64,000 nucleotides of DNA, from assembly GCA_963514005.1 (NCBI GenBank), contig OY740788.1, positions 38,192,001 through 38,256,000 on the forward strand, given 5' to 3'. Below, one piece after another: positions 51,101 to 62,850 of this stretch. The DNA comes from Raja brachyura (Eukaryota). Position numbers and translations under genes: made by a program. Below the pieces are notes generated by a model, which saw only the letters and a program-made list of their open reading frames with translations, ran no database searches and had not been told where the DNA came from. Numbering within the stretch: position 1 is the stretch's first letter; every line of letters starts with the position of its first letter.

Positions 51101-51864
51101 AATGGTGAACCTGAAAATATACTTGAAATGACTTTACTTCATGAAATAACATGATTTAGGACCTGCTTTAGGTCTGATTAGTATGATCAGGTCAAAAATA
51201 ATTTTCCAAAATCCTAAATCACTTGAATGAAATGTTGTACAATTTAAATTAATTATAAGAGAGCCAGAGAAATTCATGCTCAGGGTACTTTTCATAAATG
51301 TCTATGTGTCTGTGGTTTTTGTGGAAGAGACCATACAGCCATGGAATATGGTCCTAAGCCACAGTTTGGAAGGAAATTAAATTTTGAAGAAAAACATTGG
51401 GAATGAGATATGGGAGGAGGAAAGCATGAATCAAATGTGAATACTTTTATTAAACTTTTGGAATCATGTGACCAGTGAAAGGCACCGTTATGTTATAAAA
51501 CTATTTTCCTGGCAACCGATTTGTTAAAGTGCTGATATAGCATATAATATGTAATCCCAAATTCCATTGCAATCAATTATTTCTGAAGGACACCGGATCA
51601 GATAACATCCCATTCCCTATAATTTAAGATTTAATTTTTCAACAGACATTTGTTTTCAGAAAATCTGAAGCAAACAATTGGTTAGGTTTCCTTACTCCAC
51701 TGCTGTTAATTATGACAATGATCTTTGTTTTTTTGTAATTTCCCTGAGGAAAAGCGACACAAATAAAATGTGGTGTAAATATTCCTTCATGGTCATGACT
51801 TTCTGTGCAATGACCATTGGTATAATCACTTGGCTGCTATGTAGAAATATTGAAAATAAAGATG

Positions 51865-52615
51865 ACTGAAGAAGCCCTTGACGAGTGGTGTGCCTCAGGG
51901 CTCGGTGCTGGGCCCATAATAGTTTGCCATCCATATTAACTATTTGGAATAAAAAGTACAAGATATGATTAGTAATCTTGCAGATGACACTATAATAGAT
52001 GGCATCACAAATTTGAAGCACCATCTTATTCAACTGGCTAAATGGACCGAGGAATGGCAGATGGAATTTAATTCAGTTAAGTACGAGATGTTACATTTTC
52101 CGAAGTCAGAGCAGAGTATGACCTTCGTCATGAATTGTAGGGCCCCGGGGAATGTTGTATGCCACAGCGACCCAGTAAATAGTTCTCTGAAAGTGGCATC
52201 ACAGATAGACATGTTGGGGAAGCAATCTTTTGGCATGATAGCCTTCATGACACTATGTACAGAAATTGATGTTATGCTGCAGTCGCATAAAATATTGTTG
52301 AGGTTGGACTTGGAGCATTGTATTTAGTTTTGCATTCCTTGCCATAGGAATAATGCTATTAGTCAGGGTGTCAGGGGTTATGAGGAGAAGGCAGGGCAAT
52401 GGGATTAGGAGGGAGAGATAGATCAGCCATGATTGAATGGCATTGTAGACTTGATGAGCCGAATGGCCTAATTCTGCTCCTATCACTTATGACCTTATGA
52501 CCTTAAACTGGAAAGATTGCTGAAAATAATTATGAGGAATTTGGCAGGACCCAATGGCCTGAGTTATAGGCAGAGTTGAGACAGGCTAGGACTTTGTTCC
52601 TCACTGCGTAGGAGA
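51865..52615 (+). mobile_element. Decayed CR1 RT fragment with a nested CR1 3' end
   Basis: GVPQGSVLGP-like DNA at ~51886; ADDT and WTEEWQMEFN motifs. Confidence 0.8.
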
Positions 52616-53570
52616 CAGAGAGTTCTTTCTTTAGTAGCTATGTGTAATTCTGGATTCCAGCATTAAGTGGGAATCTCAGAATTCTGTATTCAGGATTCCA
52701 CATATAGAAATTGGCAGCAATTGAATAATTTAATTTAGTTTGTGTAGGAAGCAACTGCAGATGTTGGTTTACACCGAAGATAGACACAAAAAGCTGGAGT
52801 AACTCAGAGGGACAGGCAGCATTTCTGGAGAGAAAGAATGGGTGACTGAAGAAGGGTCTCGACCCAAAACGTCGCCCATTCCTTCTCTCCAGACATGCTG
52901 CCTGTCCCGTTGAGTTAATATACTCCAGCTTTTTGTGTCTATTTTCAATTTAATTTAGTAGTTTGGGTCATGTGAGATGATTTTGTTGAATTAACTAATT
53001 TTTGAAATAAGGGGAACAGTTCGGTGAAGCTCTGGAAGTTACAAAGACTAAATGTTTTCTTATTGTGATACATACATCCTCTGCCAGCCACCCCACTCCA
53101 GACTCTTAAGAAGTGCCACACTGGATGGAGTTTGTATTTAAAACTGCGACCATAGATATTCTGGAGCCACAAGAATCAAAACACGAGGTTCACCTTCAAG
53201 AATGTAAGATTCTTCTGTACATCAAATGCCAATGTGATTTAAAGGGTTTGCCTTTAAGTGGCTTGTATTTAATACATTCAGGGTTGTTTATTACTGTCCA
53301 AAATAAGTCTTAATATAGATAAATTTACCTGAAGTCTTAGGGAATGATTGAATTTCTTTTTTTAGAAGTGCATTCTGTCTGTTTGTTGCATATAGGGGTA
53401 TAATGTTTTAATTGAAGACACAAACGGAAATTTGAAAAACTTAATCAGGATAAAATATTTAGTTTCGGATATGAAATGATAAAAAGACTTTGGTACAATT
53501 TATTTTGATATCTCTTAGATTTTGGGGGGATTTATAATAATCCATTCAAAATATAATAACAATTTGCATC

Positions 53571-53847
53571 TTAGTTTAGTTTATGTTAGAGACACAGTAC
53601 AGAAATAGACTCTTCAGCCCACCGCATCCACACCTACCAGCGATATCCACACATGAGGGACAATTTACAAATTTAACCAAAGCCAATTAACCTACAAACT
53701 TGTATGTCTTTGGAATGTAGGAGAAAATCGGAGCACCCGAGGAAAACCCACACGATCACAGGGACAACATACAAACTCCGTACAGACAGCACCCCTAGTC
53801 AGGATCAAACCCGGTTCGTTGGCACTGTATCGGGTTACCACTGCGCC
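53571..53847 (-). mobile_element. HE1-type SINE
   Basis: Collinear with 24767-25087. Confidence 0.85.
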
Positions 53848-55044
53848 TAAGGATTATGGGAATATTTGATCAACGTTTTAATGGTTTTCTGGAAATACTG
53901 TGCAGAGAATAGCATTTATTTCAGGGCTCAATCATATCTTCCCTATAACAAATAACTTACTTCACCACAGTTATCTGAAATTAGACTTGAATTGGATTAA
54001 ATTGCCTGGGTATAATTGCCTGGTGTGATGTATGTGATATAATTAGCATATGTTATGTCTTGTGTGAGGGGACGCATGCGCTGGGGGAGATTCAAGGCGG
54101 CGTCCTAGAATAAAGAAGCTTGTTAGTTTACTCCTGTATCTGAGTGTTCTTTTAAGTCAGTTCCAAGCACCCAAATACACTACAATTGGCGACGAGGATG
54201 GGATGGAGTTTGTGAACTCACCTGCAGGACTGTTTTGCAACAAGCAGGATTGTTTAACAGTTTAAACAATAGATATGGAGTTGTGTTGCAGTTGTTTGCG
54301 AGCTGGACATGAGAGGCCTGCAGATCCCTCTAAGCATGGGACTGTAGTTTAAAACATCAGCTGTACAAGTCAGCGAGTTTGTCAGGCTATCTCTATGTTG
54401 TGTCTACGTGGCAAGAGGTCGTCCTTCGGATTGTTACACATTTTAGACTGAGTTTTTTCTGTCGAATTCCTCAAGCTGAATAATCTTTGTACAGCTAAGT
54501 TTTAGGTGAATTGTTACACCAAAACACACAAGGATAACGAGGCAACGAGGATAAAAGAACAGAAAAGAACAAAGAACAAGGGCTGTCAAGAGAAAAAAAA
54601 GTTAAAAAGAAGAGGTTGTGTTTGGAAACAAAGTGGAACGGCACCAAGCAAAAAGATTTGGTGCCAAATGGTTTTGAATTGGCGCCAAAGAAAAGAAAGG
54701 TCAGAACAGGAAGCAAGGAAAACAAGTGGGGCAGTAAGTAAGTGTCACTGAAGACACTTGAATGTGAATGTAATGCGTGGGCACAGTAAAAGCAGGACTG
54801 TTTGAATGTAATGCATTGGTCACTGTTATTAATAGTAAATCTGGGTGCATAGAAGGAATATGGTTTAAAATATTCTAGTTGGCTATTAACATGAAATGTT
54901 GGTTAATAGTATAAATCCATTATTATAAGAATTAGTAATAGTCAATAGGCTGGATCACTTCTTAGCGTGTAAAAGGATTAAGTTTAGTGCAGAAAACACA
55001 GTGAGAGAACAGAACATAGTGCATCTGAATAGCAACAGGGTAAC

Positions 55045-56523
55045 ATGGCTTTTCAAATTGTAGGAAAGGTGCCCTAGTTAGATTCTGGGTGTAATTTTGA
55101 GAAATGGACCAAAGTCTTGAGGGCTTGTTTCATTTCCAATGATATCGCTGCAGAGGATAAGAAGAGAGCATGGTTCATATTAGGCTTAGGAAAAGAGGGT
55201 TATCAGACCTTACATAGGTCACTGCAGCCAGCAACTCCCACAGATAAAATGTACGAGGAGTGTCAGGAGGCATTAATGGCTAATTTCTCACCAAAACCTC
55301 CAAGGGCATCCAGAGGCAAGGAGCCTGAACTAAAGAGGGCAGGGAGTCCCTCAAAGGACAAAAGTCAAGGGCAAAGTGACAAAAGTCAAGGGCAAAGTGA
55401 CAAAAGTCAAGTGCCAAGTGACAAAGGTCAATTGGAAAAGGCCAAAGGTCAAAGGCAAAGGGACATTGCCATCCAGAGGGCAACCCTAACTATTCAAGCT
55501 GCATTCAGGGGTATGAAGGTACGGAGAGAGATCCAGAACAAACAGAAGGCAGCAACAGTAATACAAACAGCATTTAGAAGGCACAGAGTATACCATCCAT
55601 ACAGGGCAATGCGATTGGCAGCTATATTTGGTCAAAACCCATTATAGGGCACACCTTCAAATGGAAAGTGATCATAAGACTTACATGAAGGTACACAGCA
55701 GCTTTGTACTGCTTCAGGCTGCCTACCGAGGAATGCTTGTTCGAAAGCAATTGCGGGGCATGCACAAATCTGCCAAGTCATACAGACTTATTATCAGATG
55801 CATAAACAGCGTCAGTATTTCAAGAAACTACGCTGGTCTGCTATTGCGGTACAGCAACGATACAGAGCTTGCCAGATAAGTGATGTCCAAGTGAGACATT
55901 ATAATAGTTTGAGAAAAGCAGTGGTTTGTATTCAGGCCTTTTACCGTGGGATTAAAGCCAGAGGATTGGTTGAGAAAATCAAGGCAGCATGCCATATTAA
56001 GTCAGTCTTAATGATGCGCATTACAAGAAAACATTTCTTGATGCAAAAGGCGGCTGTAGTCACTCTGCAAGCTTCATACCATGGTTACCGATCAAGGGTA
56101 CGCTACAGAGCTATGCGACAAGCAGTCATTTCGATCCAGAGATGGTACAAAGCATGCAATATGGGGCATTCAAAGTTTGTGCAATATCAGTCAATGGGGT
56201 ATGCAACCATTACCATTCAGGCTGCCTACAAGGGTATGGTGGTTAGGCAGTGGATTAAGCAAAAGAGGGCTACTGTAAAAGTTCAGTCAGTACTTCGTAT
56301 GAGTTGGTATAGGAAAGACCTAAGGAGACAAACAGAGGCTCAACAGAAAAGGCTGAAACAATACAAAAGGCTTAAACGATATAGGAAAGACTTCTTCAAA
56401 CTGAAATATACAACAGTTGTAGTGCAGTCTCACTACCATGCTTATGCAGTAAGAAAACTATACAGAGTGCAAATCTGCAATACAACAGAGCAAAGCCATT
56501 GTTGTATTGCAAAGACAATATAG
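55045..56523 (+). pseudogene. Chimeric gag N-terminus / (DKSQGQS)n linker / ASPM-like IQ-repeat reading frame, disrupted
   Basis: MAFQIVGKVP*LDSG...PATPTDKMYEECQEALMANFSPKP is gag-like. From ~55465 tandem IQ motifs follow (IQAAFRGMKVR, IQTAFRRH, LQAAYRG, IQAFYRG, IQRWYK), resembling the large IQ exon of ASPM. Stop at 55075; frameshifts near 55630 and 55775. Confidence 0.85.
55355..55462 (+). repeat. 21-bp tandem repeat (GACAAAAGTCAAGGGCAAAGT) encoding a DKSQGQS linker
   Basis: About 5 degenerate units; homologous array at ~40676-40812 in copy 1. Confidence 0.85.
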
Positions 56524-57188
56524 ATCCTACTTCTTGATGAATAACCAGAAAGGTGATTTAAGAAGACAAATAGATGAAACAGAGAGAATGTTAACTTTTG
56601 CAGAATATCATGAACAGGAAGAAATCTGCAAATTAGATTAGAATATTTAAAAAGGGAAGAGCCAGAGATACAGGTAGAGTTAGAGTGATTAGAAAGAGTG
56701 CGCAATTTACACAAAGGGAACGGAAAAGGATAACACATAAAGCAAGGGGTAATGTACGTGGTTTAAGGAAGAGGAGTGGAATGAAAAATTATGTGCTAAG
56801 TTTAGATACGATTATTACAGTTATGCGGATGTAATGTAAGATGACTGTAATAATATAATTTTGCAAGTTACTCAATTATATTTAATGTAAACGGAATGGT
56901 GTTATCCGCCTCCAAGTTAAAGGGGGAGCAGTGTGGTGTGTATTATATAAATGGTGTTACCTGCCTCCAAGTTAAAGGGGGAGCAGTGTTATGTATGTGA
57001 TATAATTAGCATATGTTATGTCTTGTGCGAGGGGACGCATGCGCTGGGGGAGACTCAAGGCGGCGTCATAGAATAAAGAAGCTTGTTAGTTTACTCTTGT
57101 ATCTGAGTGTTCTTTTAAGTCAGTTCCAAGCACCCAAATACACTACACCTGGGTATAATTATGAAATATCAGTTAAAGTCAGGAAAAG

Positions 57189-57482
57189 GTGCAGCAGTAG
57201 ATTTGCTGCTTTACTGTGCTAGAGGGTTAGATCCTGACTACGGGTGCTGTCTGTACAGAGTTTGTACATTCTCCTTGTTACCACGTGGGTTTTCTTCTGG
57301 TTTCCTCCCACACTCCAAAGATATGCAGGTTTGTAAGCAAATTGGCTTTAGTAAAATTGTAAATGGTCCCTAGTGCGTGTAGATAGTGTTAATGTGCGGG
57401 GATTGTTGTTCAGCGCGGACTTGGTGGGCCTTAAGGGCCTGTTTCCACGCTGTATCCCTAAACTCAACTAAATTAAAATTAA
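57189..57482 (+). mobile_element. HE1-type SINE
   Basis: Same body on the + strand with a CTAAAC tail. Confidence 0.85.
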
Positions 57483-58296
57483 CTCGCCAGGCAAGCTGGA
57501 ACAAACTTATGCAGTCATGAGGTTGGCAGAGGCAGGAAAAAGAGCAATGGCCGCAAAACTGGTGATCTGCTAGAAAAATGGATGTGAATGATCAGCGTGA
57601 CAGAAATAATAGTAAACACTGGCCAAACTACTATGAAATGGTGACCTGGGTGGAACTAAAATGCCACACAGTGTTTATTTGTGTGGCATTTTTGATCGCT
57701 AGAGCCACATAAATTATGTGACTGATAAAGACCATATATGAACATTGATTCATATTGAGGAATAATATTAACCACGTTGAAGAAAGTTTAAGGACTGAAA
57801 TGGTAGTCAAAATGAGTACTGCGTACTGAAGATAATGTCGCCTCTGGCCACAATGCTCAAGAAGGTAACTGTAAGTTGCTTGTGTAGGAAAGAACTGCAG
57901 ATGCTGGTTTACACCAGAGATAGACACAATAAGCTGGACTAACTGAGTTACTCTAGCTGTAAGTTGCTTGCCAACTATTGCTTGTTGAATGATAACCATG
58001 TAAGAAGAATTTTCTTCCTTATAAATTCTCTCCAACTATTTTGCCTTGTCCATGATTCGGTTTTACTTTACATCATTTGCCTTGACTTTTTAAAAACTGG
58101 ATTTGAATCTCATCCAGCAGACTGTGATATCTAAAAGTTAAAGAATATCTTGACAAGAATGGGCAAGACCGGATGGATGGGCCAGCTGGTGTTTGCCCTG
58201 TTAGGATTCCAGAAATTTGTTTGCCCTTAAAATATTTAAAATTCAAATCTGCTGACGCTGGAATTTTGGAAATTATTGGTGCTGACTATAGTCTTT

Positions 58297-58610
58297 GAGT
58301 TTAGTTTAGTTTAGTTAGAGATACAGCGTGGAAACAGGCCCTTCGGCCCACCGAGTCCATGCCGACCAGCGATCCCCACACACTACACACACTAGGGACA
58401 ATTTACAATTATACCAAGCCAATTAACCTACAAACCTGTACGTCTTTGGAGAGGGGAAAGAAACCGAAGATCTCGGAGAAAACCCATGCGGTCGCAGTGA
58501 GAACGTACAAACTACGTACAGACAAGCACCCGTAGTCGGGATCAAACTTGATCAAACCCGAGTCTCCAACGCTGTAAGGGCTGTAAGGCAGCAACTCTAC
58601 CGCTGCGCAA
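58297..58610 (-). mobile_element. HE1-type SINE
   Basis: Collinear with 24767-25087. Confidence 0.88.
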
Positions 58611-58821
58611 CGATGCTGCGTTGTGGTCTTGGTCCACAATATTTCTGAACATTGGCTCAGTATTTTCAGTGGTTCCTGTTTATTTTAAATCAAATCAAAT
58701 TCACCAAGCCTCATGTGAACCGGCTGGGTGTCATTTCTTGCCCCAACTTTTTTCAACACAAGTGGGTGAGTTGGACTTAGGCTGCAGTGTTTAAGATTCT
58801 AATGTTTGTCCTGAACCCGAG

Positions 58822-59270
58822 CAACCAGCGATCTCCCGGTTGCCAAACACTTTAACTCCACGTCCCGTCCCCACACTGACCTTTCTGTCTTGGGCCTCCT
58901 CCACTGTCAGGGTGAGGCCACACACACATTGGAGGAACAACACCTCATATTGTGCTTGGGCATCTTACAACCCAGTGGTATGAACATTGAATTCTCTAAT
59001 CCCTCTCTCTACATCCCTCCCCCACCCTAGTCGTCCTGCCAGTTTCACTGTTGGTATCCCTTCATTATCAACTTCTCCGCAGCCAACAATGGACCATTGT
59101 GGGCTCCTTGGCAATCGGTGCCGGCTATGATTTGTTCTGTACCTTTTCATACCTCTAGCTTTCCTCTCCTCTGACTCTCAGTCTGAAGAAGGGTCTCAAC
59201 ATGAAACAATTAATTTTCTCCAGAGATGCTGCCAGACCTGCTGAGTTACTCCAGCATTTTCTGTCCACAT
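58822..59270 (+). mobile_element. Penelope-like element 3' fragment (GIY-YIG C-terminus plus pLTR)
   Basis: Translates DLPVAKHFNS..HTDLSVLGLLHCQGEA..LEEQHLILCLGILQPSGMNIEFSN, followed by a pLTR with a damaged CTGAAGA...GAAAC core at 59183. Confidence 0.85.
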
Positions 59271-60914
59271 CTGTTTTTAGCTGCTAACATTGATTCTATA
59301 TTGCTGAGGCACCAGAAGGGTACAGCTCTATAAACGTATTAATGGATCAGATGTAGAGCAGAATAACCAGTGATCCAGTGAGCTATGTCAATGAGTTTTC
59401 AGGATATACCACATGATTCAGGTGCTATTTTCTATTTAAAATGCTGTTAATAGGAGCTACTATTAATCAAATCAAGTATTAAATGCGGAAAGAAGTAAAA
59501 TTAATTTACAACAAGATTAAGATTAAGGGACATTGTTTAAATTGGTGAATAGTCAATTTAAAAGGATGTCAAGAAATTTATTTTGTTGAGAAAATGGTAT
59601 TCAGTGTTTCACAATATTCCCCAGACAAGGTAGTAAAGTCAAAAACATTACAAATGCTCAAACTGCAGCTGGAGGACATTGTGGGAGTATTGAAGTACAG
59701 TTAGGATGAAGTTAATGGGTCATTTGGCATTGCTTTGTCTTTAACTCGTCTAATATTCTTGCGATCATTTGAGGAGTCTTCTGTGCCATGTGGCACTGCA
59801 TCCATTTTTGAATGACTTACAAAACCATCAAACAGATTAGCAAAATCCCTCTACATAATGAATGCGCTCCTTCTGCTAACATTAATTATTACTTAAACAT
59901 AGAAAATGTATCACAACCAAAGTTTCTGAGCTTGCATTCCGACATTTATACATTTGTTTACTTTGTCTTGGGCCTTTCCCCAATCGTGAATTCCTTCTTT
60001 ACTGCCTCCCACATTTCAGCCAGCATCCTATTATAAATCTTCATTCTCCCTGGTGTTGCCTTGTAATTCTTTCCAGGTGAGCTGCGGCATAAATACAGTC
60101 GTCTATTGTCGAAATCTTGGCGCATCAGATGTTCCTGGGACAGAGCAGTGAGTTCTGCCAGTTCGATGACAAGGAAAAATCAGATGTATTGAACCTTTTC
60201 CAAAATGTGTTCCCACACCCCCATATCACATGACAATTGTACCCTCGGCATCTTGCATCTAGCTTCAGACATGTTCAAAATCACTTGTGCTTTATAAGCT
60301 ATTTTTGTTATGTCGAATGCAACCAGACAGAAAGGTTGGAGAGTCCACTTTGCTCAACAAATCTACAACAAATTATCTGCAGCTAGCTTATCATGACAGC
60401 CTCTCCACCTTTCAATCACCTGAGGAAAAAATAATGGAAAAAAGTTACAAATATCAAGGAAAGCTCTGGAGATTTTAGTTTATATATCATTCAAGCTGCC
60501 TCCATTATCCTGGGCAGCCCGAGAAGGACTGAGACCAGGGGAGTATCTCTGTCCATATCTACATGTGCAACCATTAATCACTTGTCCCAATATATATTTC
60601 TGAAGAAGATTACCGTCCCAAAACATCACCTGCTCATTTTCTCGAGAGATACTGCCTGACCCACTGAATTACTCCAACATTTTGTGAGTATCTTAGATAT
60701 TTATTCCGTTTTTATGAGAACTTATTATCTCAGTGCCATGGACCTTATTGAGAAGAATCCTGGTGATAATTTCTGCAATGTTTTCTTCAGTGCTATTGCC
60801 AGCAGTGGTACAGCAAAGAGATGTTTGAGCTTGTCCCCTTTCAGTGTAGCTGGAACCGTGCTTTTAACTGAGGGTCAGCCTTCAGACATTAAAATAGGGC
60901 GTGTATAAAAAAAC

Positions 60915-61487
60915 AGGCATAAGACGCTGATAAGGCCGCATTTGGAATATTATGAGCAATTTTGGGCATCATATCTAAGGAAGGATGAGCTGGCTCTGGA
61001 GTGGGTCAAGAGGTTTACAAGAATGGTCCCAGAAATGAGTAAGTTAACCTATAATGAGCATTTGTCGGCACTGGGCCTGTACTCGCTGTAGAAGAATGAG
61101 GGGGGACCTCATTGAAGCATACAGAATAGTGAAAGGCTTGGATAGAGTGGATGTGGATAGGGTGTTTCCACTAGTGGGAGCGTCTAGGACTAGAGGTCAT
61201 AGCCTCAGAATTAAAGGACGTTCTTTTAGGAAGGAGGTGAGAAAAAACATATTTAGCCAGAGGGTGGTGAATATGTGGAATTCTTTGCCACAGAGGGCTA
61301 TGGAGGCCAAGTTAGTGGATATATTTAAGGCAGAGATAGATAGATTTTTGATTAGTACAGGTGTTAGAAGTTATGGGGAGAAGGCAGGAGAATGGGGTTA
61401 GGTGCGAAAGATAGCTCAGCCATGATTGAATGGTGGAGTAGATTTGATGAGCCGAATGGCCTAATTCTACTCCTATCACATGACCTT
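60915..61487 (+). mobile_element. CR1 LINE 3' fragment
   Basis: RRMRGDLIEAYRI..TRGHSLRI..SQRVVNMWNSLP. Confidence 0.88.
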
Positions 61488-62377
61488 AAAGGGCTATTCT
61501 CCACTGTTTTAACTGAAGAAATGCCATCGGTCCTTCGGAGAAAAAAAAGCAGAGTTGCCTACAAGCTCAAGAAGCGTCTCGACCCGAAATGTCACCCATT
61601 CGTTCTCTCCAGCATTTTGTATCTACCTATGGTTGTCTACAAGCTGTTGCCATATCATCATGAGCAATAACATTATTTCCTAACCACAAAATTGATTTTT
61701 CATCCATGGCTCTATTTCCTACTTTCAGAGAGATTTGAACTTTAGGAGCCATCATGTGGCCAAATTTTCAATCCTCTATTTCAGCTGTATTTGCTGAATA
61801 AGCCTTTGTCAGAATGTTGGTCATGTTCTGCTTCATGTTGGCTATTTCCAAGGCATTCACTCCGCTCCTTGATTTTGAACTGAGTTGGATTTTATTTTAA
61901 AGAAAACCGCGCAGATTTTAGAACCAGCTTTCAACAGGATCCAGGGGTTAGATTGTTAAAGTTAATTTAAATATTAATTAAAAAAGCCTCACCTGAAAGT
62001 AAACGTCCAGATTTCCACTACTACCAAATAGAAAACTTGCATTCCTCAGGATTCTAGGTTAGAAGATAAATGTAGAAAATTGATCCATGTGTGATGCGAA
62101 CAAAGATAGACACAAAGCGCTGCAGTATCTCAATAGGCCAGGCAGCATTTCTGGAGAAAATGGATAGGTGATGTTTCATTCTGAAGCAAGGGTCCCAAAC
62201 CAAAACGTCACCTATCCATTTTCTCCAAGGATGCTGCCTGACCCGTTGAGTTACTCCACCATATTGTGTCTATCTTTGGTACAAACCAGCATCTGACGTT
62301 CATTTTTTATTAGAATGTGATATGAACAAGGCAGCACATCATAGATAACAGAATTTTATCTAATCTTTACGTTTTAC

Positions 62378-62850
62378 TGTGTTCAGTTTTGGTCACCTTG
62401 GCCATAGGAACAATGGCATTAAGTTGGGAGGACTGCAGAAAAGATTTGCAAAGATGTTGCCTGGACTTGACGGCCTGTACTATGAGGAGAGATCGGGCAA
62501 GCTAGGACATTATTCCTTTGAGCGTAGGAGGCTGAAGGGTGATCTTACAGAGGTGTATAAAATTATGAGGGGAATTGATAGAGTGAATGTATATAGTAAA
62601 CTGCGGGGCAACTTTTTCACTCAGAGGGTGGTGGGTATATGGAACGAGATACCAGAGGAGGTCATTGGGACAGGTACAATGACAATATTTAAAATATACT
62701 TTGACAGGTACATGAATAGAAAAGAGATATGGGCAAAATGTGGGCAAATGGACCAAGTGTGGGCAAATGGGACCATCTTAGATGGGCTATCTTTGTCGGC
62801 ATAGATGAGTTGGGCCAAACGGCTTGTTTCAATTCTCTACGGCTCCATGA
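62378..62850 (+). mobile_element. CR1 LINE 3' fragment
   Basis: RRRLKGDLTEVYKIMRG..FFTQRVVGIWN. Confidence 0.85.

Larger units (their letters stand above)
54024..57147 (+). mobile_element. Non-autonomous Gypsy-type LTR retrotransposon carrying an ASPM-like IQ-repeat fragment (copy 2)
   Basis: 161-bp TG...CA LTRs at 54024-54184 and 56987-57147 (5 mismatches by eye). TSD CCTGG at 54019-54023 and 57148-57152. PBS TGGCGACGAGGATGGGAT at 54187-54204. PPT AAGTTAAAGGGGGAGCAG before the 3' LTR. Gag-like N-terminus from ATG 55045; no RT or integrase motifs seen. Confidence 0.93.

Noticed and set aside
55465-56523. A functional ASPM gene or exon
   Set aside because: Frameshifted, present twice, enclosed by LTRs with TSDs, and no other ASPM exons (ASH or CH domains) are in the window.
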